Shown piece by piece: positions 1-13,734 of a stretch of DNA of 60,000 nt. The position numbers were made by a program, and so were the translations under genes. The stretch spans positions 41,232,001 to 41,292,000 of the forward strand of contig OZ076409.1 of assembly GCA_964187785.1 (NCBI GenBank), given 5' to 3'. The notes below the pieces were generated by a model that was given only the letters and a program-made list of their open reading frames with translations, ran no database searches and was not told the DNA's origin. Origin of the DNA: Amphiscolops sp. MND2022 (taxonomy: Eukaryota). Within the stretch, counting starts at the first letter, position 1. The number at the start of each line of letters is the position of its first letter.

Positions 1-42
1 TAGCAATTTCACAACAATGTACGCAAATTGTTCATATTATAG

Positions 43-2250
43 ACCAATGGAGAGATTTGTTAAGAAAGTTGAATTGAAACTGTATCGTAATAAAATAAAG
101 GTAAGTGTATCGTAATTCAACGTAATCGTATTGCATGCTAGCACACTTCATGGTAACACTGAAGAGTGTTGTCTTTTCAGGCAGGTACTAGTAAATATGT
201 CTAGCCGAGGCTGACCTTTTCTCCTCAACAATTCACCACTTGAAACTCTCCTCATAACCTCATTGGCGGAGACCTCAAAAACTCTTAGATAAAATCTGAA
301 AATTAAAATTTTTTAGTATGGAAAAGGATTATAACACATCAAAAGATTAAAAAAAAGAAATTCACTGAAACTAAAGAACAGAAAATAATTTATTTTGTCA
401 AAAACCCTCATTGAAACTGCACATCATGACATCAGCGATGGGCGACATCTGGGTACACTCTGGCAGAGATGATTCTCACTGTTGTGTGAATGGCTGTCGT
501 GTCCCCGCTCATGTTCCACACATGTTCTCCAGACTAGGATGGGGCTTTTTTGGATGTTGATATAATGGAAAAGCAGTAATAGTATCTGAATTGCTTTTGT
601 GGAGTCTGTGCGACTCTGTACAGTTCTGTACATATTCGCACAGAAACTGTTTTCCAAAACGTCAATCAGGAGGCTTGTTTATCTTGTAGAGCCCTTTTCA
701 TCACCTAATTTGATTTTCAAAGCAGTATTGACGACTTGTTAATTTTCGATAAATCCTGGCACATCTGTCAGGATCTGTAAAGATCTGTACAGATTCGCAG
801 GGAGGGCTCAACATGGGATGTCATCAAAAAGTATGCCCAAATAAATAAGCAATTACTGATGACAAAAATACCGTGAAATTTTTCTGATGGGAAAGTTCCA
901 CAAAAGGTTTAGCGCTTAATGTCACGCCGCAAGCTGTTTCAGTTGCATTTTGTATTCATCTAAAAGACTATGACGGCGAGCGGGAATAACGCCTAATTAA
1001 TCACATCTATTTGCTAAACGGGAATAACGTCCAAAGTCATGCCAATTTCCTATCTTAAAACATCGAATTTTAGACGTTATCCCGAAACACTTTTAGACGC
1101 TATTCACACCCCTAGCCCCTAGACAATGAATAGTACTCTTGAATTCTGAGAGCCAATTTGAGATACGACTCTCTTGGTAAAAAGCTGCATTTGAAACTTT
1201 TTTGTTTTCCAAAATTTCTTGTTTCAATTTGTACTATTGACAGGTTTTGACAGGTTTCGATTGTGTATTCAAGGTCCTACAAAACTTCCTCGTAGAATCA
1301 AATTCCACAATTTCGTGTTTCAGGATGTTATGCAGCGTCTTGTGAACAGATACATACATGAGTACAAAGCAGTCCAAGAAACAAAAAGGTGTGAATGAAG
1401 ACGACTTGAATGAAATTAAAATGGACATCTCCAGTCTCAGGTTTCCATCATTGCTTCATTCATATTTTATGACTATCAAACCAAATACATTTTTTCTCTT
1501 CTTCCGCATTCAGGAATTTTCCCAGTGGAAACTTTGAACGATAATGGTAATAGCGTATGATTTAGATAGCTGCGTTTTCTTATATTCTATTCAACTTTTT
1601 TGGTTTTTCCACCTATATAAATATATTTGTTTCAATCAGTGGTTAACCACACCTCTTTATAATTGATCTTTTCTTTATTTTTGTAGAAATTTTAATATTG
1701 TTACTATTATTGATCATCATTGATTCATGATTCATCAAACTCTATTCGGGTGTTTTCAAAAGTTTTCTTCCTATTGATATTTTTTTTTCAAAAAAGCAAT
1801 TTTACCCAACTCTTTAAAAAAATCTTGGTCAGCATGCGTTCCGGCACTATTTCTGTACCGGAACTTAGTAGAGATCATGACGGATGAATCGTACAACACA
1901 TAGGGCCTCATCTAAGGAAAATTCAGTCAGTGAACAAAAAGCATATGAGCTAGAGTCAAGTTCGCAATTCCGAAATGACATTTTCGGTCTGTTTTTTTCC
2001 TTCAACACGTTTTTGGTTAATGATTGAGGCGAGGTTCAAAAAGGATCCTATTTTTGCAGATTCGAGCTGCGAGAATCAAATCGACTTAATCGAGAAACCC
2101 TACAGGACAATTTTGTGGAGCTGAAGAATGAGCTCAGTGTTCATACGAGCAAGCAGGCTGCCTCAAATTCTTCAAGTGCCAACAGTGGGATTGGACACCA
2201 CAGATTAGCATCCAACAGCAGAGCAAAACATGACTGCATCAGGCATTTTG
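43..2250 (+). CDS. 3' exons of a host TRPC-family cation channel gene (exons ~43-100, 1324-1440, 2060-2250); the middle exon has an apparent 1-nt frameshift
   Basis: AG/GT-bounded exons. Spliced reading gives ...YRNKIK|DVMQRLVNRYIHEY-KQSKKQKGVNEDDLNEIKMDISSLR|FELRE, matching the TRPC C-terminal rib helix/coiled coil (EVMRNLVKRY...ELKQDISSFRFE). Needs removal of one A near 1366; the 1441 donor (GTTTCC) is weak. Confidence 0.7.
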
Positions 2251-2677
2251 GTAATTTTCAACATTGACGCAACATTTAGGAGCTCTTCTACCTACAGCGA
2301 TCACTTGAACTCACCGAGCACGATGTTCAACAGTTTTTAACTTTTTTGATATTGGTTCAATTTGGCAAAATTAGAACCTGATCCCCGAAATTTTCCACTT
2401 TCAAGAGAGTAAATTCACTATCTTTCCTATCTGAAGGAAAAAATGTCTTTAATTTTACCCATCAACCCTTAGTCATTATCTTTTCAACACATAACATATT
2501 GTCAGAAACTGAAAATTGAACAAACCAGTACGCGCTTTTGTAATTTTCAGGCTGCTTTAAAATGTTATCCCTATATTGGCCGCTAATGGAAGCAGTGAAA
2601 TTTTAGTTTGAAAAGTATGAAAAGTTATGGTTTTTATTCGGCGCTTTTCGTTAGAAAAAGTCGACTATAGTAGTGGC

Positions 2678-2895
2678 TGTTGTTTTCTAGGGCTCAGCTA
2701 AAATAAAACGTAGTTTAAAAGTACTCTGAATTATGTATAACTGATTCGTACTAAGATTTTTCCTAACTGTAGTATAAATGTATACAAAACATATTGATGG
2801 TACAAAGTCTTTTAAATTTAAGTTTGTTAGTAAACAACTTGCTAGATGTCTAAACCGAAACTCGAATAGGTTCTTTCGGGATCAACCGTATTACA
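2678..2895 (-). repeat. Gypsy-A 3' LTR; PPT adjacent at 2896-2910
   Basis: Direct repeat of 8157-8363; flanked by tttccccctctctct (purine tract on - strand). Confidence 0.9.
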
Positions 2896-3149
2896 TTTCC
2901 CCCTCTCTCTCGGGGTTTCTTCTCTATATGAAAGTCGACGTTACAGAAGGGGTTATCTCTCCGGGCATAAAATCAGCTGGCTTATGGGTAGTTTGTGGTT
3001 GTGGCGTTCCCCTTCTTGCGTTCCAGTTTAAACCTGTAATATTAAAAACATTTCTAATTTTGTTAGCCCCAAAAATTTCCAGTAAAAGGTGCACTACCGT
3101 ATCTACTAATTTTATTTTTTATTTCGACCTGATCGCCGGATTGTATTTT

Positions 3150-6100
3150 CAATTTTCTCACCCTGTGGGAGTTCACCGTCGGTGTGGATTTGGATTACGT
3201 TCTCCGGGCTAGTCCGTAATGGCTCATGACGGCCGTCCCTTTCTGAGGTGTTGTATATGCGGTTTCTGGTATCTTCCGGCATTTCTTCTTCATCATCGTC
3301 GTCATCGTTTTCGGTGTCGGATTCATTTTTCTTTCTGTTCTGAACAATCTTTAATTTGACGTTTAGGATGTTGCGCAGTATCTCATCCCATCAGCCGTCT
3401 TTTCCGTCCAGCCCCTCAGGCAGTGTCGGTTTTTCGGTGTTGTTTCACTGCTCGTTATTACCGTCTCCTTTCGCTTCCTTTTTTTTGGTCTCAAGCAATG
3501 GTCACGAAATAAATTTTCGGTGTAGTATTTTCCCGTGTCCGTTTTTACGGTGTTTTCGGTTCCGTCAATTGCTGTTTGGATTTTCTTTTTGAATTTTCTT
3601 TCCAGTGATTTTTTTCTACAAATTTAAAAGCATCTCTAACCAAGCTTTCTTCTGCGGAGACTTCAGGCCTTCGCTCGCTTGTTTCTTCTTCATCTTTGTT
3701 CTGGCCAAAACCACATGATTAGTTATTTCCCCATCCGCATCGCTGCCCACATAGATAGGAACTTTTAATTTGTTTGGTTGGTGCTGAAATAGATGTTTCT
3801 GATCAATCCGATAAATATGTGTTCCGTCTTCTACTATATTAGGTAATTCGGTCGTCGGTTTTCTACCGTGGTGTAGCTCAAATGGTGTTCTTTTCAAACA
3901 CATCACTCTTGATTTAGTGAAACACTTCACATGAATTAGTGAAACGCATCACGCGGTTTAAGTTCGATAACATTAAATTTATTAGGGTTCGTATCGCTCT
4001 TTCTATCGTCCCGTTTCCCCTTTGTAACCGGGGTGTACAGTAATCAATTTCCATGTTTCGGTTTTCGCGAAAAGCTTTATATTCTTTCGATATAAAGGCT
4101 CCTCTTTTATTGGATTTTATTTTTTTTCGGGTATTCCGTATAAGTTGAAACTATTTGTTAAAAAATTTATTACTTCTTTTGTTTCGGCAGTTTTACACAT
4201 TTTTACCGTCGGCCATTCACTGAATCAATCTACCGCATTCAATTTTTGAATCTTACCGTTTATTTTCTTGTTATGTTGTTTCCCGGTGAAATCGATTTGT
4301 ACAACTTGGCCCGGTTCAGTTAATTATTCCAAGTGGTTACAGCTTGACTTGGTTTTTTATATCCCGGATGATTTCTAGCAACCAGAAAATCTTTCCTTTG
4401 GCCAGTATCTTTGTGGTTCCGGGATGACCGAAGTGTAGAATATTTAGTAGCCTTCTTTGGAGATCCACCGGAACTACAATTTGGTCGTCTACATGAACAC
4501 AAGACTCCTTTTTATCGAGAGTTTGTCGAATTTGGGTTTAATTGTGGTTTTGGAAATTAGGCTCTTTAAGTCAAGCATGAATCAAACTCGGCTATTTTGA
4601 TTGTCTCTTCGGTTATTTTCTTGTTACCGGATAATTTTCCCACGATAGGGTCAATTTGAATATAGTGGGCTTCCTTGCCCTCCGTGTTGAACTCGCTCCA
4701 GTCCACTATTGGTAGGTCATTTCCCCGTTGGATCACGCTGTCTTCTTCCGTTTCCACTTGATCGGGTTCGATTTCTCCTTCCTCCGGATTTTCGGTCCCC
4801 TCTATTTCGTTTGCAATTGGCTGGTAGTCGCCCCCCACCTTCAGTCGGTTCGCTCTTTGTAGCAGTTCAGCGTCTACCTCTGCTATTTGTTCTCGGCTGT
4901 GTTAATTTGGACGGGAAGGTGCAAATATCGTCCGTTTGGAATGGGATCTTATCGGGTTTGCATAGTCCCTGGTCATGATAGCATGGTTCTTTGCGCTACG
5001 AGCGTTCTTGTCTCCGAGCTTTTGTTCCTCTTCCGTATTATTTCCATAATCTCCCGCGCCCCAATGATAAAAGTTTTCTCGGTCCATGTAAGTAATTTCC
5101 GGATTTGATTTAGATAGTTTCTTCTTTTTAACAGCTTTTGAATTCAGTTTAGGTGAACGACTTGAATTTGAAGCGCTAGTTTCAGACTGCCTGGATGTAA
5201 TTGTTTCGCTTTGGTGAATTTTGTTGCTGTCGTTTTTGTTATCGAATTTCTGTTCATTTGTGGTTGGTTGTTTTGATTCTCACTTTGTCCCTCGGACGTA
5301 CCATTCTTTTTTTACGCTGTCCGTTTGCTGTCTTTTGATTGGTCTGCGAATAGTTGTCGGTATTTCAAATTTAATTTCGCTTGTTCGGACTGTATAATAT
5401 TTACATCTTCTTTGTCAATTTTGCCTTCCGGCGTTGCTCCCCTACCGGATTTTGGCTGAGGTAATCAGAAAATTTCAAGTTGCTTCCCGCGATGTGTTGT
5501 ATTGCGATGTCAAATTGTGCTAGATGGTCTGACCACCGCTTTTGCTTTGTACTATATTCTTTATTACACCGGTGATCTACTGCTTTGTGGTCGGTATTGA
5601 AGAATACTTTCTTTCCGTACAAATAGAATTGGAATTTCTCCAGTCTCCACTGCCAATAGTTCCAGTTCATCGATTGAACATTTTTTTTTCGGTATCGTTC
5701 AAATATCTACCTCCGTGCTCTCTTGATTTTATATTTCCTTCAACTTGATTTTGCCATAAGGTAATCATAAGCCCGATTTTGCTAGCGTCAGTTGTTACCA
5801 TGTTATCTTTAATTTTTGCGTAACGAGCTAGACGTTGGTTTTCGGTTTAAATTTGTTTATCAGGGTCAAAATACGTTTCATTGTTCCGGTCCACATTTCC
5901 AGAGTTCATCCTTTTTGAGTAATTTCCTTACTCGGTCTGTCTGTTCTGATAGCTTTTGCAAGAATTTTGTCATGTATTATATTCCACCGAGATTTGATTT
6001 CAGCTCTTTTGTGTCTCTCGGTGGCTTTAATTTTACTATCGCTTCCACTTTGTCTTCGTTCGGTTTTACACCGTTTCCATCTAGTTAGTGTCAGAGCCAT

Positions 6101-8128
6101 TTTTTTGTCCAAGAAGAATTCGGATTTCTGATTTCTCGCTCGGTATCCGGATTTTCTAGCTTGTTTATAACGTCACACAGTTGTTTCTCGTTTTCTTGTT
6201 TGTCCCCCGGATTACTACTATTGTATCATCCAATAATGACGCTGTGCAATACTCTAATGTTCGGTCAATCTTTTTCTGGAGTCTAGTAGCCCGCGAGCCC
6301 GTAGAATCATCTTCTGAATCTATTGTATCCGCTGAATTTTCCCCCCGTTAGTGCGAATACGCATTGTCGGCTTGTTTTTTCTGATAATTTCATCTGCAGA
6401 TTTTGGTAACCCAGTGCAATCTTTGATATAAATAATTGCAACGTACGGTCACGGGTTATTTCTACTGAAAATTGGATCAATAATTTTTCCATATTCGGCA
6501 TATGTGGTCTCATTTTGATACAACTGTCATTCAGTTTTCGTGAGACGAGTGCAATTTTTACAGATTTATTGCTTTTCACCGTTATCACTACTGGAGGAAC
6601 AAAACAATCCTCGTCTACATGGTTTCTTTTCTCTAGATGTCCGGTTCGAATTAGTTTTTCTAATTCTCGTTCAACATCTTCTTATAGATGTTGGGGTACC
6701 GGTCTCGCTTTTTGTTCGATTGGGTGGTGTCCCGGTTTCAATAGGATATTTTTCTCGTTCTCTTTTTTTGTTTCATTGTTCTCGAGTAATTCCAGAAATC
6801 AATTGAATACTTTCTCGCTTCTGATTGGTTGTTTTGGCCCAATTGTACTTTACCGATTGTCCTTTTGAATGTTTTCATCCAGTCCATTTCTAGTACGGGG
6901 TGTGATGTCAGTTCTTTCCGTTATTAGTACTTTCATTCTTTGTTTGTGGTTTCTGTACTCAATATCCACCGGAATTTTCCCACGGAACTTGACTTCGTTT
7001 TTGTTGACGTCTTGATACCGGTTTGTTACTTTTTGTATTTCGGTTGGGTTTACTATTCTTGTGTCCATCGGCATTATTGTTGTTGGGGATCCGGTATCAA
7101 TTATGAATTCTTTTCTCACTCCGTTTGTTTTGACTGTTGCTGTGTAGTTTTTGTTTGTTTCTTCGACCTTCTTGATTGTTTTTATGTGATGTATTCTTTC
7201 GTTCGATTCATCGGATGATTCATTCTGTTCATTCATTCCTTCTTGGGTTTGTCTTTTCACTGTTCGGTTGTTGTTGAATTCTGTCTGCATGCTTTTGCGT
7301 AGTGTCCTTTTTTCCTACAATTGTTACAGTTTACTTCTTGTGCGTGGCATTTCTGTAATGATGTCCAGTTTGAAGCACCGCAATATCTGCGCACTCGGTA
7401 ATTGAAATTTTAGTTTTTCGGTCTTGTTCCTAATTGTTCCATTCTTTGTATTAGTTCTTATTTGATTTCTTGTTTTTCTTTCGTTGATATCAGGGCTTCC
7501 GGTATTGTGTTCTTTTTGTTTTTCTCATAAGTATTTTGTTTTAGTAGCTCGAATATTTTCTTCAGTTCTAGTGTCTTTTCTTTCATTATCTCGTCCCAAA
7601 ATTTCTCGTCGGTGATCGCAGTCATATATTTTGATATCAGTATTTCTTCAGCTGAATATGTGTTAACATTACATTCTTTTTCAATTTCAATTAACTGTCT
7701 CCAAAATTTTTCCGGTGTTTCTTCTTCCGTCTGTTTTGCCCAGAAGAAATCTTCTCGGTTATGGTAAATGTTTTTTTTCGGATTGTAGTATTCAGTGAAC
7801 AACCGGATTAGGTCTTTGATTTTTATTGTGTGCTGTCCGTTTTTAATTCGGCTCGCGTTATTTGGTAGAGGGCTTCCGGTCCGACTCCCCCAATGAAATC
7901 TTCTTGTATTGCTTGTTTGTTTGCGGTCCAACTGTTTTGCGTTATTTCTTCTCCTTTGATTAATGGTGCGATGTCGATTTTATGTTCCCGTTTCGAAAAC
8001 TGTCTAAATCTCTCCAACCACTGTTTCGGTGTGAATACCGGATTTTCGTCAGTGGCTTTTGCTTCTAGGTTTGGTACATTGTTTCGTTCGGCCATTGTTA
8101 GCTTTTCGTGGTAATGAGTTCGGTACAA
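3150..8128 (-). pseudogene. Gypsy-A gag-pol remnants
   Basis: gag pieces 7458-8128, protease FIIDTGSP (6850-7290), RT piece 6307-6588, RNase H FYLYGK..TDHK (5401-5670), integrase pieces ~3600-4500; many stops and frameshifts; left boundary approximate. Confidence 0.88.
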
Positions 8129-8156
8129 TTTGTATAAAAATTGGCTGATTGTGCCA

Positions 8157-8363
8157 TGCTGTATTCTAGCGCTGAGCTAAAATATAAACGTAGTTCAAAA
8201 TTACTATGACTTTTGTATAAGTGATTCGTCCAAACTGTAGTATAAATGTATACAAAACATAATGATGGTACAAAGTCGTTTTGATTCAAGTTTGTTCGTA
8301 AACAACTTGCTAGACGTCTACACCTTAACTCGGTAAGGTTCATTCGGGATGAACCGTATTACA
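8157..8363 (-). repeat. Gypsy-A 5' LTR; PBS at 8141-8156
   Basis: TGCTGTATTC...ATTACA; adjacent - strand TGGCACAATCAGCCAA is a degraded tRNA-Ser-like PBS. Confidence 0.88.
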
Positions 8364-9051
8364 GTGGCTATTTTATTTACCAGCCTTTTTCTCAATAATT
8401 GTAAAAAAGACCTACGATTTTTTCAGCACTATGCAACTTTTTAAAAATAACTCTCATTTTGTCAAAGGGTACACAAGTTTTGGATTAAAGAAAACATTTT
8501 GCAAAGTTAAAGGTCTTTTTTGTTTTTATCAAGGCATAATGAAGCTTTTTTCAAAAATGTTTGGGAAAAAAGCGGGTTTCGAGTCTTTTGGGCATAACTT
8601 CGGGTCTTTTTGATTGAAATTATTCACAATAGTGTTATGTTTTTTTTAAACACTAAATCTGTTTGAACTTTGAGCGCCGACGGGGGCCGCTCCCGACTTA
8701 TCTTTGCATTTCGGACATAAATTTTACATCCATTCTGATCCAAAACATTTTATAAACATCTAGTATCAACTTCAACGTGCTGTTTTGGTAATGATGATCA
8801 AGTTCGCTGTGTGGTTGACAACAGCAATCTTGTTGAATTAAGATTATGCAATTTACAGTTATTGTTTCCGGAAACAGCGTTCAAATATTCATATAATATG
8901 AAGAAAACGTCGAAATATTGGAAATAACAATAATTTTTCCAAGTTTTTAGCGAGCCACTGCCAGGCGAAAGTTGAGGGTTCTAACCTTGTCAACACTGTG
9001 GTGTTCATTTGTTCCAATTTAGATTAACTGATTTCAATTTCTGATACAACA

Positions 9052-9248
9052 TCATACGCGAAGTTTTAAAAAGTCTAGAAACAGCCAGATACGTTATCCA
9101 ACCGAAGTCTATAGATTTATATCCGAAGTAGGTATGAACTATCTGATATCATATCAGATAGCTCATACCTACTTCGGATATAAATCTATAGACTTCGGTT
9201 GGATAACGTATCTGGCTGTTTCTAGACTTTTTAAAACTTCGCGTATGA
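9052..9248. repeat. 197-bp near-perfect palindrome
   Basis: 98-bp arms around a single central C (9150), one mismatch (9138/9162). Confidence 0.97.
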
Positions 9249-9653
9249 ACTAGAAGAAACAAAAGTGCCTAACTTCAGATTTTTTGGCTTTGTAGGGCAT
9301 TTTGGAGCCCTTTTTCAAATTTCTGAAGTTGCCACCACCTTGATTTTTTCTGAGAAATGCATGCAGTTGGAAAAGCTTTTGCTTTGATAGGGTATTTTAG
9401 CACCTTCGAAGGACTGCGCTTTCTGTTGGTTAGATGTTTTCGTTGGTTAGATCTTCAAAACAATTCAACAAGCAAATTTCTGCAATTTTTCACAATGTTA
9501 ACCATTTTTGTGAACTACTCAAATGTATTCATTTGATACCAATGCCGTACATTCTGTTTTTTTTTGTGTTGTTGGCTCTCCAATTTTGCCTGGAGAAGTT
9601 GATTAACATCAAATTTGTTCCTTTGATCAAAATTTGTCGTTGCTATGTAACCC

Positions 9654-9849
9654 TTTTCCATTTAATGAATAAGATAAGAAAAGAGTTCAGTGCTGAAGTT
9701 TCGATTCTGTATTGTAAGCGATAAAAAAGGGTAAGTGAATATGTCAGCACATGATTCTAAGTAGAAGTACTATTGACTGGTAGTAAAGTGTCAGTATGAC
9801 TATTTATATAACATAAGATATTAAGTACATGGAGTGACGTCATGTCACC
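9654..9849 (-). repeat. Gypsy-B 3' LTR
   Basis: Aligns by eye with 39199-39396 (e.g. ctgaagtttc.attctgtattgtaagcgataa ... aagtacatg.agtgacgtcat). Confidence 0.85.
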
Positions 9850-12420
9850 TTCCCGCTCTTTGGGATGTAAGTACATTTACAAACACGAGTATAAATGAAT
9901 GTAACAATAGTAAACTTAAATTTCAAACTGTTGTAGCACCGAATGATCCAAATGTTTATTTCTTGTTCATGTACTGTTTTTACCGTCAAATCCTCTTCTT
10001 CTCGTTTTAATGGTTTTCCTTTCTCCGTTGTCTCTCCTTCTGTCGGCCGCTGCGTATTGTCTCATTGACCAGCTGTCGTCTGCATTCCGTTTGTTAACGT
10101 TGTTACCTTTAAAGGTCAAATTGTGCTCGGGTTACCATATCTTTTTATTAGGTTAGTAGATCTTAGTCTAGTTGACTTTTGTACATTCGGTTCGTTTTGA
10201 TTTTCGTTTATTTCTATGTTTTCAGATTTTAATAAATCGGTATTACCGTTTTGTCTACCATGGTGATTACATTAGGATTGTCTTCCGTGGTTCGTCTTGC
10301 TTCAATTGTTGGGCCGGGTGTTGGCGCGCTGCTTATGTCTCTAATCTATTTTCTTCGTCCTCTGCCGCACACCGGACTGATTGTTGTGTTCGCCATCTCG
10401 AGTGTGTTGTCAAACACACTTTATTGTAGCACCGGTGTACTACATCTCTGAATGTTCGGCTGCGACAATTTATTCTAGTTGTTCGATGTGGGTGAACCTC
10501 TCGCCTCTTCCCATTACGACGCCAAACAGGGAACTTTTGACTGCAACAGATCTGTTGCAGTGTGGTGTGGATTCTTCACATCGATTACATTACGTGGGTT
10601 TTCAAGAAATGAGGAAAGTGGAGTGAAACAATTTTCTGGATTCTTGCACTAATACCTGCGTAACCTGCGAAGAATCGCCGAAACAAAATATTCACTGTTT
10701 TCCTGAATTCTTGAAATTTTATCGATTCTTCGTTTTAGAAATTATTAGCAAATATTAGTTTGCGGGGATTCTTCACAAATTAGGTCACTTATTTGAGTTA
10801 CTAAATTTTTTTGGATTCTTCGTTTCGTATGAATTCACAGAAATACCATAAACAAAATTTATGGATTCTTCCTTTTGTATATAAACAATTTTGTTGAATA
10901 TGTTGAAATAGTTTTCACAATACAAATCCCCCGTTTGCCGAATTCTAAAAAATTCCTTTTAATTGTAATGAAACAAATGATTTTGTAACGACTCCAGGAG
11001 CGTTTAAGTAGAATGTTTAAAATAGACAAACCCCCCACCCCAGTTTGTCAAATATAAAAAAAACCCTTTTTCTAAATGTAATGAAGCATGAAACCCAACT
11101 TCAGTTGTGGAAAAAAATATTTATCGGTGGAAAGGAAGTTCAAACAATCTCCTGTTTATATATATTAATACCTCATTTTACAAGAAGGTAAATTTGTTGG
11201 GGAGATGGTTTTCAAACTAGATTTTAATTCTTAAATTACGTTCCGGGGGGACCGGGGAAGGTTCTAAATGTCTGGTTTTTTAAATAAATTTCTCACATGA
11301 AGAAACTTCATATCAACTGTAATGAAACAGTTAATTTTGAAACAACTCCAGGAGCGCTAAAAAAAGTATCAAACACACCCCATGTTTGCCGTTTTTAACA
11401 TGTAAAAATTTATCCCCAAACACCCCCCCTCCCTTCTGACCAATTTCAAAAAACTTCACATCACGTGCCAGTTTTTATCTGTTTTACATCGTCGGTAATC
11501 TAGCACCAGAAACTAGATTATTTGCAGTTGTGAAATCATTTGAAGTATGTGAGGAATTTATCACTTTTACATCGTTGTTTAGAGTCCTCGTAATTTCCGA
11601 GTTAGGATGATCGGACGATGTGATACGGATGAACTGTTATTTAATTATACTGCTGTTTAATTGTAGTTGCCATTTCCAATATTTAAATTATGTAAAATGA
11701 CACCAAAAACTCTGACAAGAAAACGATGAAAAATACAGTTTTCAGAAAATCGCTCGGTTGACCGATGAAGACATTGGGGAAAATCAGAAAACGCGAACTA
11801 AAAGCTGGACACACGATGGAAAAGTGATAAAAAACTCAAAGTCAAACGATGCAAATGACGAAATTAGCGCGCAGCTCTAGTGATCACTACATACATGTAA
11901 TTAATTTTTTTCAACTTGACGCCTGAATATGTATTTCAAATAGGAAGCTTACTATTCGGTTGAATCTAGGACAAGCCCCCAGTCACTCGACCAAAATACT
12001 CAATTATGTGAAAGCATTTAGCATGAAAAGTGCAAAGTAGCAAAAAGGGAAAAGAATTTGGTTCCAAATTGTTAAATTTTCAATTACTTGTCACAAAGAT
12101 CAACAATTCCAAATACTAAACCAAAAGGTTTAGTCGAATTAACACGAAACGAAACAAACTGTCTTCAATAAAAACGTAATACGTTAAGGCTCTTTCCTGT
12201 CCCTACCCATGTGAATTCACGCATGTAATTATATAAATTAGTCAAATTAGTGTACATGTAAACCAGTCAGAGTGAAAAGTGTCAAACGTCAACCTAATTA
12301 CCGACTGCAATTACAATGTGAAGCGTTTTTGTTAAATAAGAAAACCAATACGATGTATCGTTTCTTTGGTGTAGAGTAGTCAAACTTTGATCACTTTCCC
12401 CTTTTAAAATGAATGGTATT

Positions 12421-12586
12421 TCTAAGTACTCGAAAAGTGGATTCTAGTCAAACATTGACTAATTTACGTGGTAGATAGCTCTAAGTGCTCGAAAAGTGGA
12501 TTCTAGTCAAACATTGACTAGTTTACGTGGTACATAGCTCTAAGTACTCGAAAAGTGAATTCTAGTCAAACATTGACTAATTTACG
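12421..12586. repeat. 59-bp tandem repeat, ~3 copies
   Basis: tctaagtactcgaaaagtggattctagtcaaacattgactaatttacg repeated. Confidence 0.92.
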
Positions 12587-13346
12587 CTTTATACACGTTA
12601 CAGAATTGAGCCAATTGTAGGTTGAAATTCTTGACTGGTTTCCATTTTTCTCTAATTACGCTCAATGACCAAAATCCGCAATTTCTGATTACACTGGGCA
12701 TCAAAATTCACGATGAACACACTACTCTGTTTGACTAGAATACGGTTCGTTCTCGTTTTACGGAAAATACACTTTACACTTGATGATAAAATGTGTAGGA
12801 GAAGTTAACTTAGAACGACTCCAGTAGCGTTCAAATAGAATGTATCAAAGACCTCACCCATCCCCCTGTTTGACAATTTAAAAAAAATCATTTCAATTTT
12901 AATTGAAACTGTTAACTTTGGAACGAGTCCAGGACCGTTCAAATTTAATGTACCTCACCCAAACTTTATATCAAATGTATAGAAAAGACTATTTTTCTAA
13001 CGACTCTAGAAGTGCTCAAATTATTTCAAATTTCGCACTGCACATTGTTCGACAACTTCAAAAAAAATTGTCTTAACAATTATAATGAAACAGTTGAACT
13101 GGTTGTAAAGTTAACAATTGTGGAAAGACATACATTCGTTCCTCAAAATTCTTTCATCTACATGTAATGGCTCTTCAGGTACGACGAGGAAATACATGTA
13201 TTTAGCATGACACGCAAGTTTATGTTTGTCATTGTGAAACATCTAGCGGCCTCGGCAATCGAAGTACATGTATTGAAGTTATTATTCAACCAGTGTAGCT
13301 CCAAAACAGTTGCTTTACTTCGAACACTTGAATCTTGTTAATTGAG

Positions 13347-13413
13347 TTGATTACTCCAGTTGATAACTCCAATTGATAACTCCAGTTGATATCTCCAGTT
13401 GATAACTCCAGTT
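13347..13413. repeat. 13-bp minisatellite, ~5 copies
   Basis: ttgataactccag repeated. Confidence 0.9.
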
Positions 13414-13734
13414 CCGAAGCCTGATCAAATTCATCCAGCCTGAGCATTCATCAAATAAAGGAAGTTTTTAATAAAAATATTGTCATTGGAAACTTTATCA
13501 ATCAACAAAAACAAGAAGTGTTACGAATTTCTCATCCAAATTAGTACAAATAATGAAGATATAGAGTATTCTTTTATATAATGAAAAACAATCAAAATTT
13601 TTTAATGAAGTTGGTTTCCAATGTTGGGCATTTTTCAAAGAAGGTATACAGTATGTGGCATTTATTGAGAGGCGAGTAACATCACGAAGAGCCTAATATA
13701 TAATGATACATTTAGTGTTGAAACTTGTATATAA

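Larger units (their letters stand above)
2678..8363 (-). mobile_element. Ty3/Gypsy LTR retrotransposon A (decayed, full-length)
   Basis: Two related ~210-bp TG...CA LTRs, TSD GTGGC (2673-2677, 8364-8368), PBS, PPT, fragmented gag/PR/RT/RH/INT on the - strand. Confidence 0.93.
2634..8700 (+). mobile_element. old Helentron/HINE-like element split by Gypsy-A
   Basis: 5' hairpin TTCGGCGCTTTTCG..AAAAAGTCGACT at ~2636-2666 and 3' end GCGCCGAC..CTCCCGACTT at ~8674-8700 resemble the termini of the 40-43 kb family; the sequence continues across the GTGGC TSD. Confidence 0.55.

Noticed and set aside
424..657. 77-aa - strand ORF
   Set aside because: No motif; lies in an apparent TRPC intron
2778..3212. 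144-aa + strand ORF
   Set aside because: Spans the LTR and PPT antisense to Gypsy-A; no recognisable motif
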